Origin: Thermotogota bacterium
Lineage (GTDB): Bacteria; Bipolaricaulota; Bipolaricaulia; UBA7950; UBA9294
DNA length: 64,000 nucleotides
Direction of reading: 5' to 3'
Assembly (NCBI GenBank): GCA_039679545.1
Contig: JBDKUT010000163.1
Coordinates: forward strand, 26,502-90,501
Shown here: positions 58,938 through 64,000 of the stretch, one piece after another
Layout of the letters: each line of letters begins with the position of its first letter
How positions within the stretch are numbered: the first letter of the stretch is position 1
The notes under the pieces: generated by a model
The model's input: only the letters and a program-made list of their open reading frames with translations
Told to the model about the DNA's origin: nothing
Databases searched by the model: none
Position numbers and translations under genes: made by a program

Positions 58938-59354
58938 ATGGATCGATTGCGGGAGATCGTCAGGCTTCTGAAGGACGAGGACCTGACGGAGATCACGATC
59001 GCCGAGGGCGATACGCAACTGACTGTCCGCCGGGCGCCGGAGCGCGGGGCGCCCGCCCCCGAGATCGAGCCCGCAGCGCCCGCGCCGGCCGCCGCCTCAG
59101 GGATTCCAAGCGGGACCGTACCGATCACGGCGCCGCTCGTCGGGACCTTCTACCGACGGGCCACGCCGGAGTCCCCTCCGCTCGCCGAGGTTGGCCAGAT
59201 CGTGCATTCCGGGGACACCGTTTGCATCATCGAGGCCATGAAGGTTATGAACGAGATCAAGGCCGAAGTTTCCGGCCGGGTTCGGAGCGTGCAAGCGGAG
59301 GACGGAGCGCCGGTCGAGTACGGCCAGGTGCTCTTCGTCCTCGACCCTCTATGA
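58938..59354 (+). CDS. accB: Biotin carboxyl carrier protein
   Basis: APLVGTFY, EAMKVMN biotinyl-lysine motif, VEYGQVLF (GTG 58932 is an alternative start). Confidence 0.95.
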   Translation: MDRLREIVRLLKDEDLTEITIAEGDTQLTVRRAPERGAPAPEIEPAAPAPAAASGIPSGTVPITAPLVGTFYRRATPESPPLAEVGQIVHSGDTVCIIEAMKVMNEIKAEVSGRVRSVQAEDGAPVEYGQVLFVLDPL

Positions 59355-60697
59355 GTTTCCAGACCGTCCTCGTTGCCAACCGAGGCGAGATCGCGCTGCG
59401 CATCATTGAAGCGTGCCGCGAGCTCCGCATTCGCTCGATCGCCGTCTACTCCGAGGCCGACGAGCCGATGCCGTACCTCAAGCTGGCCGACGGCGCCGTG
59501 TGCATTGGCCCTGCCGACGCCGCGCGGAGCTACCTGAACCCCGCGGCCATCATCAGCGTCGCCGAGCTCGTCGAGGCCGACGCGATCCACCCGGGCTACG
59601 GCTTCCTCGCCGAAAACCCAGGCTTCGTCGAGATCTGCAACGAGCACGGAATCCGGTTCATCGGCCCGTCCCAGACCGCGATGCGCATCGTCGGCGACAA
59701 GGTGGCGACCCGCGAGTGCGTCGCGGCCGCCGGCGTCCCCGTCCTCCCCGGCGGCCGCGCGCCGAAGAAGCCGGAGGACGCCGCTGTGATGGCCGACGAG
59801 ATCGGCTACCCGGTCCTCATCAAGTCGGTGTACGGGGGAGGCGGGAGAGGCCTGCGTTGGGTTGAGACACCGGCCGAGCTCGCCGCCGCGCTCGCCGCCG
59901 CGGAGGCCGAGGCCAAGGCCGCGAGCGGCGAAGGTCACCTTTACCTCGAGAAGGCGGTGCGCGATCCACGCCACGTCGAGGTTCAAGTTCTCGGTGACGA
60001 GCGCGGGCGCACCATCACGCTCGGCGAGCGCGACTGCTCGATTCAGCGCCGCCACCAGAAGCTGATCGAGGAATCGCCCGCCCCGAACCTGCCGGCCGAC
60101 GTGCGAGAGCGCCTGCGACGAGCGGCCCTCGTCACGGCGCACGCCGTCGGGTATTGGAGCGCCGGAACGGTCGAGTTCCTCGTCGCCCCGGACGGTGCCT
60201 TCTACTTCATCGAGATGAACGCGCGCATCCAGGTTGAGCATTCCGTCACCGAGGTCGCGTGCCGCCGCAACTTGGTCAAGGAGCAGATCGAGATCGCCGC
60301 GGGAGGATCGGTCTCCCTCGACCTCGAGGCGACGACGCCACGCGGGCACGCGATCGAGTGCCGGCTGAACGCCGAGGATCCAACGCACGGGTTCCTCCCC
60401 TCGACGGGCGTCGTTCACATCGACGAGCTTCCCGGCGGCCACGGGATTCGCCTCGACACGGCACTCTACGACGGGATGACCGTATCGCCGCACTACGACT
60501 CCCTCCTCGCGAAGCTCATCTCGTGGGGTGAGGACCGCGACGAGGCCGTCGTGCGCATGCAGAACGCACTGCGCCGATTCCGGATCTCCGGGGTGGCCAC
60601 CACCAAGGACCTCGTGTTCCGCGTCGTCTCCCACCCCTCGTTCCGCAATGCCGACCTCTCCACCTCGTTCCTCGACAAGAACGGACTTCTGGTCTGA
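59351..60697 (+). CDS. accC: Biotin carboxylase
   Basis: ANRGEIA, HPGYGFLAEN, GGGGRG, ERDCSIQRRHQK, EMNARIQVEH. Confidence 0.96.
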   Translation: MSFQTVLVANRGEIALRIIEACRELRIRSIAVYSEADEPMPYLKLADGAVCIGPADAARSYLNPAAIISVAELVEADAIHPGYGFLAENPGFVEICNEHGIRFIGPSQTAMRIVGDKVATRECVAAAGVPVLPGGRAPKKPEDAAVMADEIGYPVLIKSVYGGGGRGLRWVETPAELAAALAAAEAEAKAASGEGHLYLEKAVRDPRHVEVQVLGDERGRTITLGERDCSIQRRHQKLIEESPAPNLPADVRERLRRAALVTAHAVGYWSAGTVEFLVAPDGAFYFIEMNARIQVEHSVTEVACRRNLVKEQIEIAAGGSVSLDLEATTPRGHAIECRLNAEDPTHGFLPSTGVVHIDELPGGHGIRLDTALYDGMTVSPHYDSLLAKLISWGEDRDEAVVRMQNALRRFRISGVATTKDLVFRVVSHPSFRNADLSTSFLDKNGLLV

Positions 60698-61025
60698 ACG
60701 GACGATCGACCCATCGGCCACCCATCGCACCCCGCCGACGAGATCCGTGACCCGCTGTAGCGTCGCGAGCTTGGCTCTCGGCGCTTCGTCTTGGTGCCGA
60801 GAGCTTGGCTCCGACGACGCATCCGCGAACGTCGCACCAAGGTGCGACGCTACGTCCGTACGGACCCGCTGCCCCAGTTGCGGCTCCGCCCGGCGCCTAC
60901 CGTCCGCGTTTGCGCCCCGTGCGCGCTTGCGGCACCGCCCCCCGTTCGCGCTTGCGGCTCAGTGCCAGTCCCCGTACGCTTGGCGGGCTCCGCGGGGGCC
61001 CGATCGGCGGAGCGAAGGCGGGACC

Positions 61026-62357
61026 ATGTTCGACGCGTTGGCGGAGCGGTTGACGGCAGTCTTCTCCCGACTGAGGGGAAAGGGAACCCTCACCGAGGCC
61101 GACGTCGCCGAGGGCCTGCGAGAGATCCGGATCGCCCTCCTCGAGGCCGACGTCCACTACAAGGTCGTCAAGGAGCTCGTCGCCCGCATTCACGACCGCG
61201 CGGTCGGCGAGGACGTCCTTCAAAGCCTCACCCCCGGCCAACAGGTCGTGAAGATCGTCCGCGACGAGCTCGCCGAGACGATGGGCGGCGAGCGGACGAC
61301 CTTGCGCCTCGATCGGCACCCGGCCGTCGTCCTCCTTGTCGGACTGCAGGGCTCGGGGAAGACCACCACGGCGGCCAAGCTGGCGAACTCCTTGCGGAAG
61401 GACGGCCGAAAGCCGGTCCTCGTCGCCGCCGACGTCTACCGCCCAGCGGCCATCGACCAGCTGGAGAAGCTCGGCCGCGACCTCGACATCCCCGTCGTCT
61501 CGCGCACCTCGCCCGACCCGGTGAAGATCGCGACGTCGGGTGTCGCCTGGGCGAAGGAGAACCTGCGCGACGTCGTTCTCATCGACACGGCGGGGCGCCT
61601 CCAGATCGACGACGCGATGATGAAGGAGATCGCCGACATCGCCGCCGCGGTGACGCCGGACGAGAAGCTCCTCGTCGCCGACGCGATGACCGGACAGGAG
61701 GCCGTCGCCGTGGCCACCGCGTTCCACGAGCGGGTTGGGCTCACGGCCGTCATCCTGACGAAGATGGACGGCGACGCGCGGGGCGGCGCCGCGCTGTCGA
61801 TCCGCCACGCCACCGGGCGGCCCATCGTCTACGTCGGGACGGGGGAGAAGATCGACGGCCTCGAGCCGTTCCACCCGAAGCGCATGGCGGACCGGATCCT
61901 CGGAATGGGCGACGTCCTCACCCTGATCGAGCAGGCGGAAGCACAGATGGACACGACGAAAGCCTAGCACCTCGTCGAGCAGATCCGCAAGAACCGGTTC
62001 ACCCTCCAGGACTTCCTCGAGCAGCTCGAGGAGGTCCGGAAGCTCGGACCGTTGTCGCAGATCCTCGATCGGCTCCCCGGAGCCGCCAAGCTGATGAAGG
62101 GACGCCCCGCGGACGCCGACGAAACCGAGATCCAGAAGACCCTGGCGATCCTCCGGTCGATGACCCTGGAAGAACGGACGAACCCGTCTATAATCGGGGG
62201 GAGTCGAAAGAAGCGGATCGCCCGCGGAAGCGGGACGAAAGTGAGAGACGTCAACAGCGTTCTTACCCGCTACGAAGAAGCGAAACGCGCCTTGAAGTGG
62301 GCCGGGACTCGTCGCGGGAAGGAGCGCTTCCCAGCAGACCTGCTCGGAAACTCGTAG
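61026..62357 (+). CDS. ffh: Signal recognition particle protein Ffh, interrupted by an in-frame TAG at 61965-61967
   Basis: ALLEADV, GLQGSGKTT, DTAGR, TKMDGDARGG, RILGMGD; after the TAG the same frame continues HLVEQIRKNRFTLQDF...SMTLEER.NP...SRKKRIARGSG (M domain). Confidence 0.93.
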
Positions 62358-62386
62358 GGCGCTCGAAATCCAGTTTGAGGTGGAGC

Positions 62387-62731
62387 ATGGCAGCGAGAAT
62401 TCGGTTGAAGAAGGTCGGTCGCAAGGGTCAGCCCTCGTACCGAGTGGTCGTCCTCGACGGACGGAAGCCGCGCGACGCCAAGGTGGTCGCCGATCTCGGG
62501 CACTACGACCCGAAGACGGAGCCCGCGACGTTCCAGATCGACAACGAGGTCGCCCTGAAGTGGCTGTGCGACGGCGCGAAGGCCACGAAGGCCGCGCGGG
62601 ACATCCTCTCGAAGTCCGGCGTCATGGCGGCGTGGGACGCCGCAAAGCGTGCCGGCGGAGCGGCCGCGCAGGATGACGAAGGGGAGAAAGCGGACGACAA
62701 GCCCAAGGCCAAGGCCAAAGCTGAGGCCTAG
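62387..62731 (+). CDS. rpsP: 30S ribosomal protein S16
   Basis: RIRLKKVGRKGQPSYRVVV...LGHYDP...WL..GA. Confidence 0.96.
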   Translation: MAARIRLKKVGRKGQPSYRVVVLDGRKPRDAKVVADLGHYDPKTEPATFQIDNEVALKWLCDGAKATKAARDILSKSGVMAAWDAAKRAGGAAAQDDEGEKADDKPKAKAKAEA

Positions 62732-62758
62732 GGGCCGACGCCCGATCCGGGAGGGACT

Positions 62759-62992
62759 TTGCTCTTTCGCCTGTGCGAGTTCCTCGTCCACTCGCTGATC
62801 GAAGAGCCCGATGCGTGCAAGATCGACCGCATCGAGACGGAGCGGGTGGACATCTTCTTTCTCCACGTGGGAAAGGACGATCGCGGCCGCATCCTCGGGA
62901 AAGGCGGCCGGACGATCGCCGCGCTGCGGACCTTTCTCGAGGCGGCCGCGGCGCGCATCGACCGCGAAGTGGTCCTCGAGATCTCCGAGTGA
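62759..62992 (+). CDS. khpA: KH-domain RNA-binding protein
   Basis: DRGRILGKGGRTIAALR; TTG start with SD GGAGG; standard position after rpsP. Confidence 0.88.
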   Translation: MLFRLCEFLVHSLIEEPDACKIDRIETERVDIFFLHVGKDDRGRILGKGGRTIAALRTFLEAAAARIDREVVLEISE

Positions 62993-62998
62993 GTTCCC

Positions 62999-63706
62999 AT
63001 GCGCTTCGACGTCTTGACGATCTTCCCCGCGGCGCTGGACCCGCTTCTGTCGATCGGCGTGATCGGCCAGGCGCGTGAGGCCGGCTCCGTCGAGATCCAC
63101 CTCCACGACCTGCGAGACTACTCCGACGACCCGCACCGAACCGTCGACGATCGCCCGTACGGCGGAGGAGCGGGGATGCTCCTCCGCGTCGACCCGTTCG
63201 TGCGCGGGATTGAGGCTCTGCGCGCGGAAGGCGCCGTCGGACCCGCCGTCCTGGTGTCGGCGCAGGGGCGGCTCTTCCGACAGGAGGACGCCGTCCGCTG
63301 GGCCTCCGCCGGCGGACTCATCCTCCTCTGCGGCCGCTACGAGGGGGTCGACGAGCGGATCCTCCACTTCGTCGACGACGAGATCTCGATCGGCGACTAC
63401 GTGATCGCCGGAGGGGAGTCCGCCGCCGCTGTTCTGATCGAGGCCACAGCGCGGATGACGCCGGGCGTCGTCGGCAAGTACGAATCCGTGGCCACCGACT
63501 CGTTCTACGACGAAGCGCGCCTCGGCGCGCCGCAGTACACACGCCCGCCCGAGTTCCGAGGGCACACGGTCCCGGACGTCCTCCTCTCCGGAGACCACGC
63601 GAAGATCGAGGAGTACCGGCGGCGGGAGGCGTGGAAGAAGACGGCGAGGAACCGCCCCGAGCTCTTGGGACTCTACCCAAAGCGTGAGGACGAGAAGGAT
63701 GGCTAA
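62999..63706 (+). CDS. trmD: tRNA (guanine37-N1)-methyltransferase
   Basis: VDDRPYGGGAGM, CGRYEGVDER, SIGDYVIAGGE, PQYTRP, LLSGDH. Confidence 0.97.
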   Translation: MRFDVLTIFPAALDPLLSIGVIGQAREAGSVEIHLHDLRDYSDDPHRTVDDRPYGGGAGMLLRVDPFVRGIEALRAEGAVGPAVLVSAQGRLFRQEDAVRWASAGGLILLCGRYEGVDERILHFVDDEISIGDYVIAGGESAAAVLIEATARMTPGVVGKYESVATDSFYDEARLGAPQYTRPPEFRGHTVPDVLLSGDHAKIEEYRRREAWKKTARNRPELLGLYPKREDEKDG

Positions 63707-64000
63707 CCTGTACGTCGGGCTCCTGCACTACCCGATGCGGAACCGCGAGGGTGACATCGTCGCGACGTCCGTGACGTCGCTCGACATCCACGACATCGCC
63801 CGCTCCGCCCGCACGTACGGCGTGGCGCGGTACTTCGTGATCACCCCCGTCCCGACGCAACAGGCGATCGCCGAGCGCGTCCACAGCTTCTGGACCGACG
63901 CCGAGCGGATCGACGACAAGAGCCGTCGCGGCGAGGCGATCGACTACGTCATCGTGGCCTCCGACCTCGACGAGACCCTCGCGGCGATCGAGACGACGGA
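63699..64000 (+). CDS. SPOUT RNA methyltransferase (TM1570/DUF2168-like), partial
   Basis: MANLYVGLLHYPMRNREGDIVATSVTSLDIHDIARSARTYG, a family known beside or fused to TrmD. Confidence 0.85.
   Translation, partial: MANLYVGLLHYPMRNREGDIVATSVTSLDIHDIARSARTYGVARYFVITPVPTQQAIAERVHSFWTDAERIDDKSRRGEAIDYVIVASDLDETLAAIETT

Noticed and set aside
60698..61025. SRP RNA (ffs) or ylxM upstream of ffh
   Set aside because: No CAGG...GGAA...AGCAG domain IV motif or convincing ORF; only one hairpin (about 60775-60803) and a short GAGCTTGGCTC direct repeat.
61965..61967. Genome-wide TAG reassignment
   Set aside because: Many genes here end properly at TAG (uvrD, both SBPs, dppB, rpsP, ffh itself), so TAG works as a stop.
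1..64000. CRISPR arrays, tRNA/rRNA, transposases, integrases, prophage or defence systems
   Set aside because: No regularly spaced repeats, cloverleafs or diagnostic protein motifs recognised; reading by eye could miss small RNAs.

Overview
GC-rich bacterial chromosomal window, densely coding, with no CRISPR array, rRNA, tRNA, integrase or transposase that I can recognise. The right third is housekeeping: yggS, tsaE, pheT, accB/accC, ffh-rpsP-khpA-trmD and a SPOUT methyltransferase. The rest is accessory transport, regulation and detoxification: MATE, a class III cyclase-TPR protein, two ABC-F proteins, GNATs, bfr, a NUDIX-Fpg-like-GNAT operon opposite uvrD, a MarR-controlled heterodimeric exporter and a TetR-MMPL-LolA-like operon. 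Five observations stand out. (1) ffh is interrupted by one in-frame TAG in the NG-M linker and is otherwise intact. (2) A LacI / Dpp-type ABC / aminotransferase / ribokinase operon is tandemly duplicated; the upstream copy keeps the promoter, operators and a diverged transporter, carries a PHP hydrolase, and holds only scars of lacI, the aminotransferase and the kinase. (3) An ARE-like ABC-F gene has a 3-codon uORF (MTE) and a candidate attenuator. (4) A second duplication scar flanks an orphan lipoprotein gene. (5) A ferredoxin-AOR pseudogene appears fused by a microhomology deletion. All calls come from reading motifs by eye; no searches were run.
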